Below are positions 30,901 to 38,642 of a stretch of 64,000 nucleotides of DNA, in pieces. Made by a program: the position numbers and the translations under genes. This DNA comes from an uncultured bacterium (lineage in GTDB: Bacteria > Omnitrophota > Omnitrophia > Omnitrophales > Abzuiibacteriaceae), in NCBI GenBank assembly GCA_964387845.1, contig CAYLXA010000001.1, forward strand, positions 96,001 to 160,000, in the 5' to 3' direction. The notes under the pieces were generated by a model. The model made no database searches, was not told the DNA's origin, and saw only the letters and a program-made list of their open reading frames with translations. Numbering within the stretch: the first letter of the stretch is position 1; each line of letters begins with the position of its first letter.

Positions 30901-33900
30901 CGGTAAAATTTTTTCAACTTCGTCTGCGCCCGTCAATATAAGAATTTCTTCACGAATCTGAGAAGCGAGGATAATAATATTTTTCAAATGTCCTTCCATA
31001 TCCGGCGGCAAGGCTCTTTTCACCTGATCCTTACCTTGTTTGCCAACATTAAAAAGCGCTAAACGCCCCGCAACTGTCCGCTGTTCCATTTTGACAGCTC
31101 TCTGGATTGCTGCTTGCGATAAGCGCCCGCTTCTCCCACGCGGTAAAACCAGATAAGCGCCTAAAATGTGCTCATCATAAAGATCGTAAATCGCATCCCG
31201 GATACTTTTATCTTCGCGCATCAGCTTGAAAATAGTCCAACGGCTGGTATTTGCTTTTTTACTGATGGTGTCGATGGTAACACGCTGTTTCTGATTTTTC
31301 CGAAGCTGCTGAAGAACGGCAAGAATTCTGTTTTTAAAAAATTGACGTACGGCTTGGCGCGCAGTTCTGTCTCGCCTCACATAAAGAAGAAATTTCTTTT
31401 CTTCAATGCCTGCTAACCGGGCTAATTTTGTATAAGTGACATAGGTCTTTTTTTGTTTAGTTTCCAAATACTGAATTACCCCAACAACCCTTGCCCGAAG
31501 CATGGTGCGAACTGCCTTCGCGATACTTTTATTTCTCCGAATTCTGTTGAATAAGGTTTTGAGAGAAACGCCTGCTTCTTTTGCGATTTCTTGTTTCTCG
31601 AGAGAAAAGTTAGCCCTGCGCTCCAAAATTCTTTGAATTGCTTCTTTGATTCTTTGATCAAAAAATTGATCAACGATTTTACGGCTAGGCTTGAATTGTT
31701 TGAGGTGTTGCTTGTAAAATTCCAAACCCAAGCCTGCTCTAGAAGCGATGTCAGAATCTGTTACTTTGGTTTTCGCTTTCTTTTGATAGAAAGCAAGTGC
31801 TTCTTTAATTTTGCGAGCCACAAAACGATGAATGCCACTACGCAGCACTTTGCTATCTTTTAGAATACGAGGCAACGCTTGACGATGTGTTCCAAAAGCA
31901 TCCGCCAAGGTTTGTGCCGTGAGCAAATCTTTGGAGCTATTGAGCTTCCGCAAGACTTCCCTGATCTGAACTTTCCGGAAACTTCCGGTTTTTAAAACCT
32001 GCATGCGTTCTGCCAGTTCCGGATCGCGCCGAAGCTGTTTGGGCAATGCATGATTGTTAATCCAGGCTTTCTTCCGCACATTCTGCGGCGTTGCTTGAAG
32101 TCCTTCTCGGTTAAGATCACGGATTGCATTGAGAATTCTTCGTGAGAAAAATTGGTTAACGGCTTCTTGAACTGCCCGGTTTTGATTTGTACGGTTTTGA
32201 ACCACATCCAGCGAAAGCCGCGATTCCCTTGCGATCGTCATAAAGCTTGTTTTGGATTTCTGGCTTGGTTTCACGCGGCTTAGCTTTTGCAGTGCGTCGA
32301 GAATCTCCGAATCATAAAATTCATTCAAAGCAGCTTGAACATTGACGTCCGACCGGACCAATGCTTTGAAATCGGGAACGGACAAGCCTGCTAAACTTGC
32401 GATCGTGCGTGTATTTCGAACTGTTATAGACCAATCACTTCTCAAATGCCGAAGTACGGTGCCCAGTTGGTTTGGTTTTGCCCGCCGAAGTTCGCTGCGC
32501 CGCTCAGCGCGATGATTGGCCGAAAGCTCGGCCATTTCCATAAGGATGTCGCGCAATCCTTCTTTTTGCACGGAAAAAACGGCGTGCAGCCACTGGAAAT
32601 CTTTTTGTAATTGTAGTGTAAAACTGCTTCCCAAAATTAGTTCGGCTACTTGCTTTTTCGCGTTATGGCTGGAATGCTGTGCCTTGCTGGCCCAAGATTT
32701 TGTCCGCGGCGGATTTGTATTGGACAATCGATATAAATAGAAAGAAAAACGCCTGATTCCGCTCATTATTTGTTGGAAAGTTTCTGAACTTAATGAATAT
32801 GAGTCGGAATTCATTGTAAATTTCGCATATTCATCCCGGAATTTATCTGACAGAACAGCAAAATTGCCGCTCACCTCACGCAAAACGCTCTCGGCCTCGG
32901 GATAACGGCGGGCAAGATATTTCAAATTTGTTTCCACATCTTCTATCAAGCGGCTGCCAACCGCAAACAACAACTGATGGCGGATAACAAAAGAAATCCC
33001 GTCCGGCTGGCTAACAGCATGAGGTGAGACTAAATCAAGATCTTCGTGATTGCGGTGCTGGAATTTCATTCCAACCCGCTGATTGACATAAATTTCGGTT
33101 AATAAATCAAGCAACATTTCATATCCGGCTGATCCGAGAGACACTTGCCTCTCCAGCCGGTCTATAAAGCTATGCAAATGGTTAAACAGGACATCATTCA
33201 TATGAGAACGCCATTGGCGTGACTGCATCATCCACAACACCACCGGCAGAAGCTCGTCATATGTACTCTCAGACAACAATTCTCTGAATCGATTGGCTTC
33301 GCCAATAAGATTGATGATAGGCAAATGTCTTTTTGTCACATAATCTTTGATGCGTTTCTCTAGGATACTTTTGGTATTGTAGTGATCAATCGTGAGTTCA
33401 AAATCATTCCGCAGCTCGGAGCGGGCCGGGTCTTCATCTTTGAAATCTAAAGCCTCTACAGACTCATCACGCCGGATTTCTTGCTCAAATGGAGTGACAG
33501 GTTCGGCCTCCACTTTAGGCCTATGGATAGAGTCTGCGATACGCAAAACATTGACCTGCTTATTCATCGAATCGGTCAAAGTAACAGTGGCGGCAAGCCG
33601 GCCTGCATGCTGCCGGACTTGTTTTAAAACAAATATTTTCTTATCAAGGCGCCTGGCCTCGGTTTTACTCCCGCTTGTATACGTTTTTTTCACACCCGTT
33701 ACGAGATAATCAATATGGCCTTCCACGCGATTAACACGCACGATATCCAGCAACTGAATTTGCCGTAGCGGTTCAGGCAGAAAAATAGATCTTTCATCTT
33801 GGATAATCTGCGACACTTCCTGCATGAGCTGATCGAGGCTTTGTAAGGGCACTACTTCTTGTGTATAGGCGGTCCGGTTTACCACGCGCCACTTTCTTCG

Positions 33901-35817
33901 AAAAGTTTGAATCCGGTCTCTCAGAAGCCGAATTTCATGAAGCTTCTCGGTATTAATACTTGCTTCCAGATGACTCGGGTGCGCCTGCGTAATTGTGTGT
34001 TGAATGTCAGATTCCGGTTCAAGTGAAATGGGAGCCGTATCCCTTGATTCATCCACTTCATCCAGCATGCGGTTCATGAGCGCTTTCAGAGCGTCCGTAT
34101 TTCCCGCCGCTTGTTTAGTATCTCTCTTCCAACTTTCTCTGACGCGCGGATCAAGCACAAGCGGGCTCAAGATTGAAAACAACCTAGAAAGTAATTGAAA
34201 TAAAGTCGCAGGATCGGTTTGTTGCGCTATTTGCTCCCGCGTACCGGGGATCTTTGGCTGAAGGTCTGATAATTTCTTGAGACGGTCGCTGCTGCCTGAT
34301 AAGAACCGTCCCACCGCATCGGCCTGTTGGGCTTCCGACCTTTCTTCGGCATATCGAGGGCCAGTGTCTTTTGGAACTTCCACTCCAGCTTGTTGAGCCA
34401 ATCGATTCAGATAAGCTTTGCCTTCGCGCTCATCTCTCGCCTTCCGTAAGCGCTCATCTTCCGCGGCTTCACGTGCAATTCTCGCCTGGTCTTGTTGATG
34501 CTTAATGTCCTCCGGATCCGGGAGCTTTGGCCGTTCATCTTCCGCCCGCAATTCGGATGAGGCGCGGGATGTGTTGTCGGTTTCATTGGATATCTTTGAC
34601 CCGTCTGAGTTTGATTCTTTACGGCTGCCATCGAGGACAAAATTCAATTGGCCGCTCAAGAGATCATCGACTTGGACTTCTCCATTTCGCGGCGTACTGC
34701 TGGGATCAATGATCCGATAGACGAACCCCGGCATGAGCGGCACATCGGCATGCCGCTTATGTTTACCATCAGCGTGGCGAACCACAGAACCTACAATGAT
34801 TTTGTCAGCCGTTAAATCTGGATCTTGAAAAACATATGATACGTCTGCGGCAAAACGCTGCGATCTTCCGACCGTCAGAACGATATCGCCGGGCTCGAGT
34901 TGTGAGGCATTGTCGATCGGTTCTGCTGTAAATCCTTGAAGAACTGAGGCAATAAATGCCGAATCCATGGGAAGTGACGGACGATAAAATCGCTCGACCA
35001 GTGGTTCTATAATCGATTGTTTCCACAATGGAAGCTGGGACAACCATTCCTTGGGGTATCTTTGCGCAAGGTTTTTATAACCTTCCCCAATGCTTGTGTG
35101 GAGGCCAATTCCGCCAATTGTCATCGGTTCTCGCTGATTCTCATCTTGCCGCAGCTCAGAGCGGGCCGACTTCAAAAGCTCCAACACTTCTTTGATCAAC
35201 TCGCGGTCATTCTTCGGAGAGAGAGAACCTGATTGAATTTTTCTCCCGATGATACCAAATTCTGACATTCCGGCTTGCTTTTCCAAATCAAAAAAGACAC
35301 CCGCCATTTCTGGGCTGGCATCAAGGCTTTTTATTTTTCTGCTAGACTCGTGGCGACGAAGAAATCGGGTTGCTTCATCTACCAATCTCTTATCAACTAA
35401 TTTCTTTTGAGTTGTTGGGAGTGTCGAATCACCTAGATCATCCAAATAACCATAAGGATGCTCTGAAGGACGTATTGTCACATAACCAGGCTTCCATTTA
35501 CTCGGATCAAGCGGCCGACTCCGCAGTTCGGAGCGGGATTTTCTGGCTTCAAGCTTCAAGCTTCCAGCTCCAGGTTTAACTGCTTGTGGCTTGTAGCTTG
35601 CAGCTTGTGGCTTGATTGAAACTTGCCCACTCGCGGCAATTTGCGCACTGTAGGGAAGCTGAAGATTAACGTCTTTTCGGAGGCCGAGATTGAAATTAGA
35701 TTTGGTAAGCGATTCGAAGAGAATCGGGGCGTCGCCGTAAGCGACCGTACTGGTCGTTAAAACCGTTGCGACGAGAACAAGGCTAATAAATTTGAAGATA
35801 GAAGATTTTGCCGGCAA
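24964..35817 (-). CDS. giant multi-module protein (3617 aa) with 12 (R/K/S)SELR junction motifs; modules include an HExxH zinc metalloprotease, a calcineurin-like metallophosphatase, HTH-like tandem repeats, a glycosidase-like domain and internal signal-peptide-like segments
   Basis: The ORF is uninterrupted for 10,854 nt. It has an N-terminal signal peptide. Nearby genes terminate normally, so the standard genetic code applies. Confidence 0.85.
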   Translation of the reverse strand: MPAKSSIFKFISLVLVATVLTTSTVAYGDAPILFESLTKSNFNLGLRKDVNLQLPYSAQIAASGQVSIKPQAASYKPQAVKPGAGSLKLEARKSRSELRSRPLDPSKWKPGYVTIRPSEHPYGYLDDLGDSTLPTTQKKLVDKRLVDEATRFLRRHESSRKIKSLDASPEMAGVFFDLEKQAGMSEFGIIGRKIQSGSLSPKNDRELIKEVLELLKSARSELRQDENQREPMTIGGIGLHTSIGEGYKNLAQRYPKEWLSQLPLWKQSIIEPLVERFYRPSLPMDSAFIASVLQGFTAEPIDNASQLEPGDIVLTVGRSQRFAADVSYVFQDPDLTADKIIVGSVVRHADGKHKRHADVPLMPGFVYRIIDPSSTPRNGEVQVDDLLSGQLNFVLDGSRKESNSDGSKISNETDNTSRASSELRAEDERPKLPDPEDIKHQQDQARIAREAAEDERLRKARDEREGKAYLNRLAQQAGVEVPKDTGPRYAEERSEAQQADAVGRFLSGSSDRLKKLSDLQPKIPGTREQIAQQTDPATLFQLLSRLFSILSPLVLDPRVRESWKRDTKQAAGNTDALKALMNRMLDEVDESRDTAPISLEPESDIQHTITQAHPSHLEASINTEKLHEIRLLRDRIQTFRRKWRVVNRTAYTQEVVPLQSLDQLMQEVSQIIQDERSIFLPEPLRQIQLLDIVRVNRVEGHIDYLVTGVKKTYTSGSKTEARRLDKKIFVLKQVRQHAGRLAATVTLTDSMNKQVNVLRIADSIHRPKVEAEPVTPFEQEIRRDESVEALDFKDEDPARSELRNDFELTIDHYNTKSILEKRIKDYVTKRHLPIINLIGEANRFRELLSESTYDELLPVVLWMMQSRQWRSHMNDVLFNHLHSFIDRLERQVSLGSAGYEMLLDLLTEIYVNQRVGMKFQHRNHEDLDLVSPHAVSQPDGISFVIRHQLLFAVGSRLIEDVETNLKYLARRYPEAESVLREVSGNFAVLSDKFRDEYAKFTMNSDSYSLSSETFQQIMSGIRRFSFYLYRLSNTNPPRTKSWASKAQHSSHNAKKQVAELILGSSFTLQLQKDFQWLHAVFSVQKEGLRDILMEMAELSANHRAERRSELRRAKPNQLGTVLRHLRSDWSITVRNTRTIASLAGLSVPDFKALVRSDVNVQAALNEFYDSEILDALQKLSRVKPSQKSKTSFMTIARESRLSLDVVQNRTNQNRAVQEAVNQFFSRRILNAIRDLNREGLQATPQNVRKKAWINNHALPKQLRRDPELAERMQVLKTGSFRKVQIREVLRKLNSSKDLLTAQTLADAFGTHRQALPRILKDSKVLRSGIHRFVARKIKEALAFYQKKAKTKVTDSDIASRAGLGLEFYKQHLKQFKPSRKIVDQFFDQRIKEAIQRILERRANFSLEKQEIAKEAGVSLKTLFNRIRRNKSIAKAVRTMLRARVVGVIQYLETKQKKTYVTYTKLARLAGIEEKKFLLYVRRDRTARQAVRQFFKNRILAVLQQLRKNQKQRVTIDTISKKANTSRWTIFKLMREDKSIRDAIYDLYDEHILGAYLVLPRGRSGRLSQAAIQRAVKMEQRTVAGRLALFNVGKQGKDQVKRALPPDMEGHLKNIIILASQIREEILILTGADEVEKILPKIRDLAAKERALQIPKEKSRAVGLLEYLRTQLGVVNLDYVISDETIHVEREPRGDFAKDADREPVRLFLSSRSELRSNRGKKIPSAVVSILLSIGAASLSGCGFYLLNPFAMFFPAPAPMTREDPRTMLKEWLAMGYATIVVHGREIKIADQGFPEQPYNQLNSGERASLEHYLNALPARLTKDLKVIATVPSQAIPGLNGLSLDSSTFILFTQPALFMSGSKTINERFFVVHDGVSETGKPASSRLVTLNLQGTVMHEMAHGIQNAASSAAKNYYENLYQQSLGDRDNFVSNYATTDYREDFSDTFMYWVQDPDTLFARAIRNAQNGKPLLLRKLFFVLHYFADRNGMNVWVNAVTEFGGITPGYWNIQVLENGGFQVGPFSFQTNSDGQVTNFQMSGPFGIAEQGDFPEPVDSLLVRFFKSSAWSIAVENKRLDDSRARSLNNPHLPRYLPVEEFTRLTGINPFQQLERDYFALITSNGDRIVYIKFDNGLFPNQRPEIQIHLYQKIKNGYGFITTQAYRRDVPFNGTAVPEDFGLNRIHFPEPEIRLNSNLKNSILLPWPARSELRGFFDDRSPQFYTIAMGVALAVAGLSYGWLTLLQAEFTEITRIRGFESISDVIGAEDLRRRMIISMIALTASSSLAIVYAFSAVKAWIASNRKQPKPAIKNEPAESIRPLTTLRALKRSELRQQDGLSRREFTGRFLGAVAAFLGLGSSVFAGPKQDSKSQKKKVKKPKAEKLNYDAFRKAQIERMLGYLKPGVGVDPKSGYAYDGLKGNEARKWTQPTIIGFQVEILAHQAAGDVPGRESAGHAKEALETLDRLLKQLLQDQQKFGRQVAPRGNTGLIPWFKLEPAVQADSTLIAYVDNANLTVSMMTAIGSLIRAKKKHPELSETIDQTIVQARQFLKVQEAGMGYTKMIGFQNGLLRGEVFAGEQGWRPDAYHIDRLFAEHGPKTALLTTYFIKLVPQVFTNLKPVFKLYKFRDGKERLVAAPWNGGAFQMGWAVPYVMKNKRFKIVYENFLKAAMDYAYQNGLPGFLSESVDPATEKYEGKIGFPFHETDEPTNYTISSLYGLDGFSLLAPKTILNWRASILKQLNKLAGPYGNFESATADGQVSKIYVGNHHLSSILGLIGKQSESIQVFLEAEGLTEKYNAFLDQVQLPEEAVKPFDIKFTKPPKLKRSELREESDKPEDIPLEGYALEGVSPDQVMTILKAGGKALRESYAESERKWLGDDPGALAEIAGVNSVAVFGDLHGATGNFTKRFEELGKEAFLQNPKNHIVAIGDYLHTIDEKKARNKKAYLESLRTLLILLQLKIKYPKQVHLLPGNHDYAHAGGTRPGKFDTDQTGQLENAIEDFVNAGPESASGLDSNTVYNFLLNYLAYVIRQMPIVLTIADKSKAKHRLAFVHAGPNQSYTSKEQVNEIKILHGTIDDVLWDRFYEPEFLEQFLSTLESEYLISGHTPPTDFEEADLYDAETHTAFINDHHIIIDSSRKSGMLLVRFKNSKAFQSSEKFIRAFAKPVEASPRSELRNISRTERRRAGKINAIKAKQSEDFPELLGKLRRRFNNINQFVGETRTNISSVDKEKLAQILEAKGIKTKAPEFLRKLGDKLTDLLLISDVEKHYQARYSEIPKLPESKDMIDRLTIEHLDRLNIQLGMLLNDMRAELIRSWRLMQQVQEKRSLLEERVQTVAAKSELRISITDINTELLGGADAKQVERVVVEEIRKIPDFTTQDAFKGEVSLLDRPFDLVMQRSSDAADTFDFRVVAKRKVKDAEPVARPNEVIAALGSLSTTVLTSEIFGKLKSLIEQSIKTDVDSTSFALKEAAANVVNLSLSDLSNTQIALAISGKTLRDESENNLTQALFWIANSLDQKVVIVDDTPFSKGIVKIVNDWLSEDKQIEVMPPYWSRVEDKLHEKGFTQIKVILAPGESLLRSYEGFDVSYAQNVTELLSVAGVSNIITAQVRSELRIAQMA

Positions 35818-35930
35818 AGTGGTTTAGCCTGCTTTCTTAAAAAGTGTTTAAATAGTACCATTTTACACCTAATATGGCAAGTTTATGACCCAATATTTAA
35901 TAATTACAGATAAAAATAGAAGGAAAATTA

Positions 35931-35990
35931 GTGGTAAGTGGTAAGCGATAAGTTGTTCGAATAACTTAAAACTTACCACTTAAAACTAGA
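35931..35990. repeat. GTGGTAAG-family palindromic repeat with a TTCGAA apex, 3' of the ferredoxin gene
   Basis: The sequence 'agtggtaagtggtaagcgataagttgttcgaataacttaaaacttaccacttaaaac' is a near-perfect hairpin. Confidence 0.75.
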
Positions 35991-36221
35991 TCAGCCATCA
36001 CTACCGATGGCTTCGACGGGACATTCTGTAATGGCTTGCTCGCAGCGCTCGCGTTCTTGATCGTTCGCGGGCTGCTTGTGGACATAGCTGTAACCGCTTT
36101 GCTCGTTGCGCTCAAAATTGGCGGGTGCCGTTTGACGGCAAAGATCGCAGTCAATGCACTGCGTATCAACATAAAAAGCGCCTTCAACGTTTCCTAGATG
36201 TTTATGATCTTTGTTAGCCAT
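35991..36221 (-). CDS. ferredoxin (single [3Fe-4S]/[4Fe-4S] cluster type)
   Basis: The 76-aa product has CIDCDLC...CP cluster ligands, a Cys-x2-Asp-x2-Cys...Cys-Pro pattern. Confidence 0.8.
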   Translation of the reverse strand: MANKDHKHLGNVEGAFYVDTQCIDCDLCRQTAPANFERNEQSGYSYVHKQPANDQERERCEQAITECPVEAIGSDG

Positions 36222-36355
36222 TTTCTTTTAAATTCAAATATCAAATTTCAAAATCTAAAACAAATTCTAAATTCAAATGTTTCAATACAGCTGTTTTGAA
36301 TTTAAGGATTTGGTTATTTGAAATTATTTTGAATTTTGATATTTGATATTTGAAT
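36222..36355. promoter_or_regulatory. AT-rich intergenic region with long imperfect inverted repeats (caaat/atttg units) between the fumarase gene (upstream) and the ferredoxin gene (downstream)
   Basis: The arm 'aaattcaaatatcaaatttcaaaat' pairs with 'attttgaattttgatatttgatatttgaattt'. A central small palindrome 'acagctgt' is also present. The region is a likely terminator or promoter. Confidence 0.4.
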
Positions 36356-37750
36356 TTACTTCTGTTTTGGGGTTGTCAATTCCTTGGGGGATAAAATTTT
36401 GTCGAGTTCGTCCTTGCTTAACAACTTTTTTTCTAAAATGATTTGCCGCATGGTTTTGCCGGTCTTCACGGATTCTTTCACTACCTCCGCCGCTTTGCTG
36501 TAACCGATATAAGGATTAAGCGCCGCCGCAATGCCGTAACTCTCTTCCGCATATTTTGAGCAGACTTCTTTGTTCGCCGTAATGCCGTCAATGCACATTT
36601 CTGCCAATGCCGAGCATGTGTTCTTTAAAATCTCTATCGATTGCAGCAAATTATGAATCACGGTCGGGATCATGACGTTGAGTTCCAGCTGCCCCGCTTG
36701 TGTCGCCATGGAAATCGCGGTGTCGTTGCCGATGACTTGAAAACAAACGATTGTCGTCATCTCGGGCATCACCGGATTGATCTTCCCCGGCATAATGGAA
36801 GAACCCGGCTGGCGCGCCGGCAATACAATTTCGTTAAAACCGGTCTTGGGACCTGAACTCAAGAGACGCAGATCGTTACAAATTTGGATTAAAACAAGCG
36901 CCAAGGTTTTCAACTCACCCGAAACCGCGCTGAAGTCAGAGGTGCTCTGCATTTTCTCGAAAAGATTTTTCGCAGAACGAAATTTAAATCCCGTAATTTC
37001 ACCAAGATTGGCAACTAGATCATTGCGATATTGAACGGTGGTGTTAAGTCCTGTTCCAACGGCCGAGCCGCCGATTCCCAAATCCAACAGATAATCCGAA
37101 ACATGCTTCACGCGATCAATGCAATTTTGAACGTTGCCGGCGTAGCCGCTAAACTCCTGGCCGAGTGTAATCGGCGCGGCATCCTGCATGTGCGTGCGGC
37201 CGGATTTCACAACATCCGTAAATTCCTTAGACTTTTTCTCGAGGGATTTCACCAATTTCTGAGCTGCCGGATAAAATTCGCCGAGTAGTTTCGTCACCGC
37301 CACCCGGAGTGCTGCAGGCATGACATCGTTGGTGGATTGGCCCATATTCACGTGATCATGCGAATGAACTTTTTTGTAATCGCCTTTTTCGTGGCCCAGG
37401 ATTTCGAGCGCGCGGTTCGTGATCACTTCATTTGTGTTCATGTGCTGCGAAACACCGGCACCCGACTGAAACACATCCACCGGAAATTCCTTGGCCAGCT
37501 TGCCGGCCATCACCTCTTCGGAAGCTTTGACGATGGCATCGCCGATTTTTTTATCGAGCGCACCGCGTTTCATGTTGGCTTTGGCAGCCGCGATTTTAAT
37601 GGCGGCAGTTGCCCATACAAATACGGGATGAAAACGAAGGCCTGAGATCGGGTAATTTTCGATAGCGCGCGCGGTTTCGGCGCCATAATAAACTTCAGAG
37701 GGAACTTGAAATTCTCCTAGCGAATCTTTTTCGGTCCGGGTTTTGGGCAT
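36356..37750 (-). CDS. class II fumarate hydratase / aspartate ammonia-lyase family enzyme (FumC-like)
   Basis: The 464-aa product has the GSSIMPGKINPV signature of the fumarase/aspartase superfamily. The neighbouring kor genes favour fumarase. Confidence 0.8.
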   Translation of the reverse strand: MPKTRTEKDSLGEFQVPSEVYYGAETARAIENYPISGLRFHPVFVWATAAIKIAAAKANMKRGALDKKIGDAIVKASEEVMAGKLAKEFPVDVFQSGAGVSQHMNTNEVITNRALEILGHEKGDYKKVHSHDHVNMGQSTNDVMPAALRVAVTKLLGEFYPAAQKLVKSLEKKSKEFTDVVKSGRTHMQDAAPITLGQEFSGYAGNVQNCIDRVKHVSDYLLDLGIGGSAVGTGLNTTVQYRNDLVANLGEITGFKFRSAKNLFEKMQSTSDFSAVSGELKTLALVLIQICNDLRLLSSGPKTGFNEIVLPARQPGSSIMPGKINPVMPEMTTIVCFQVIGNDTAISMATQAGQLELNVMIPTVIHNLLQSIEILKNTCSALAEMCIDGITANKEVCSKYAEESYGIAAALNPYIGYSKAAEVVKESVKTGKTMRQIILEKKLLSKDELDKILSPKELTTPKQK

Positions 37751-37774
37751 GATTGTTTCGGTCGTTGGGTAAAA

Positions 37775-38632
37775 TTATACGAAAATATCGGCAAGTTTTT
37801 CCAGATCGCCGCCGCGGGTTTCTTGCGCGCTTTTTTGTATCTTTGCAATGCGCTCTTCAAATGTCGTGGCTTCGCGGCGGTAAAAGATGCCTAAATATGT
37901 ATTTTCCTTATCAAGCGCCGTGGCAAATGCTTTCTGGCGGTTCGTCGGATCATAATCGGCCGGCAAATTTTTGATGCGCTGTGAAATGGGTTTGTAATTA
38001 TCGTTAAAAGTTGTGCACGGACTTAAAACTTCGAGTAAAGCAAAACCTTTGTGCTCGATGCCTTTTTGAATTAATTCAGCAAGCTCCTTGGGTTTTCCCG
38101 AATAGCCGCGCGCGACGAACGAAATATTATAAGCCACTGCCATCGCGATCGGATTCAAGGCTTCTTCTGCGTTGCCGTAAGGGGTTGTGCCGCCCGAGAA
38201 ATCTTCGGCCGTTGCGGATGATTGTCCTTTCGTAAGGCCGTACACTTCATTATCCATGACAATATAGCAAATATCGGGATTGCGGCGCGCAACGTGCGGA
38301 ATGTGTCCGCCGCCGATCGAATAGGCATCACCGTCACCGCCCACGCCCAATACTTCAATCTCGGGACGCGCAGTTTTGAGTCCGGTTGCCATCGGAAGCA
38401 CACGGCCGTGCACACTATGAAGACCGTAGACATTGACATATGCCGGAAGGCGGCTTGAGCAGCCGATACCGGAAACAATCGCGGCATTCTGCGGCTGAAT
38501 CTGCATTGCGGCAAACGCACGGTAAATACAAGTCAAAACACCAAAATCACCGCAACCCGGGCACCACACGGGATGCACATCTGTTTTGTAGCTTTGAATA
38601 TTAAACGCAGGTGCCGGCGTTGGTTCTACCAT
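37775..38632 (-). CDS. korB: 2-oxoglutarate/2-oxoacid:ferredoxin oxidoreductase beta subunit (TPP-binding)
   Basis: The 285-aa product has CPGCGDFG (Cys ligands) and GDGDAYSIGGGH (TPP-binding). Confidence 0.9.
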   Translation of the reverse strand: MVEPTPAPAFNIQSYKTDVHPVWCPGCGDFGVLTCIYRAFAAMQIQPQNAAIVSGIGCSSRLPAYVNVYGLHSVHGRVLPMATGLKTARPEIEVLGVGGDGDAYSIGGGHIPHVARRNPDICYIVMDNEVYGLTKGQSSATAEDFSGGTTPYGNAEEALNPIAMAVAYNISFVARGYSGKPKELAELIQKGIEHKGFALLEVLSPCTTFNDNYKPISQRIKNLPADYDPTNRQKAFATALDKENTYLGIFYRREATTFEERIAKIQKSAQETRGGDLEKLADIFV

Positions 38633-38642
38633 TTTTTTCTCC

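Noticed and set aside
24964-35817. Giant ORF as an artefact of an alternative genetic code or stop-codon read-through
   Set aside because: All flanking housekeeping genes (valS, uvrB, thrC and others) have normal lengths and terminate at standard stops. The ORF is simply stop-free over 10.8 kb, and it has an N-terminal signal peptide and coherent domains.
24808-35990. GTGGTAAG repeats as a possible CRISPR array
   Set aside because: There are no regularly spaced identical direct repeats with unique spacers. The elements are single palindromic units located at separate gene 3' ends.
35966-36187. Alternative-frame 73-aa ORF overlapping the ferredoxin gene
   Set aside because: The ferredoxin frame carries a canonical Cys-x2-Asp-x2-Cys...Cys-Pro cluster motif. 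The alternative frame has no features.
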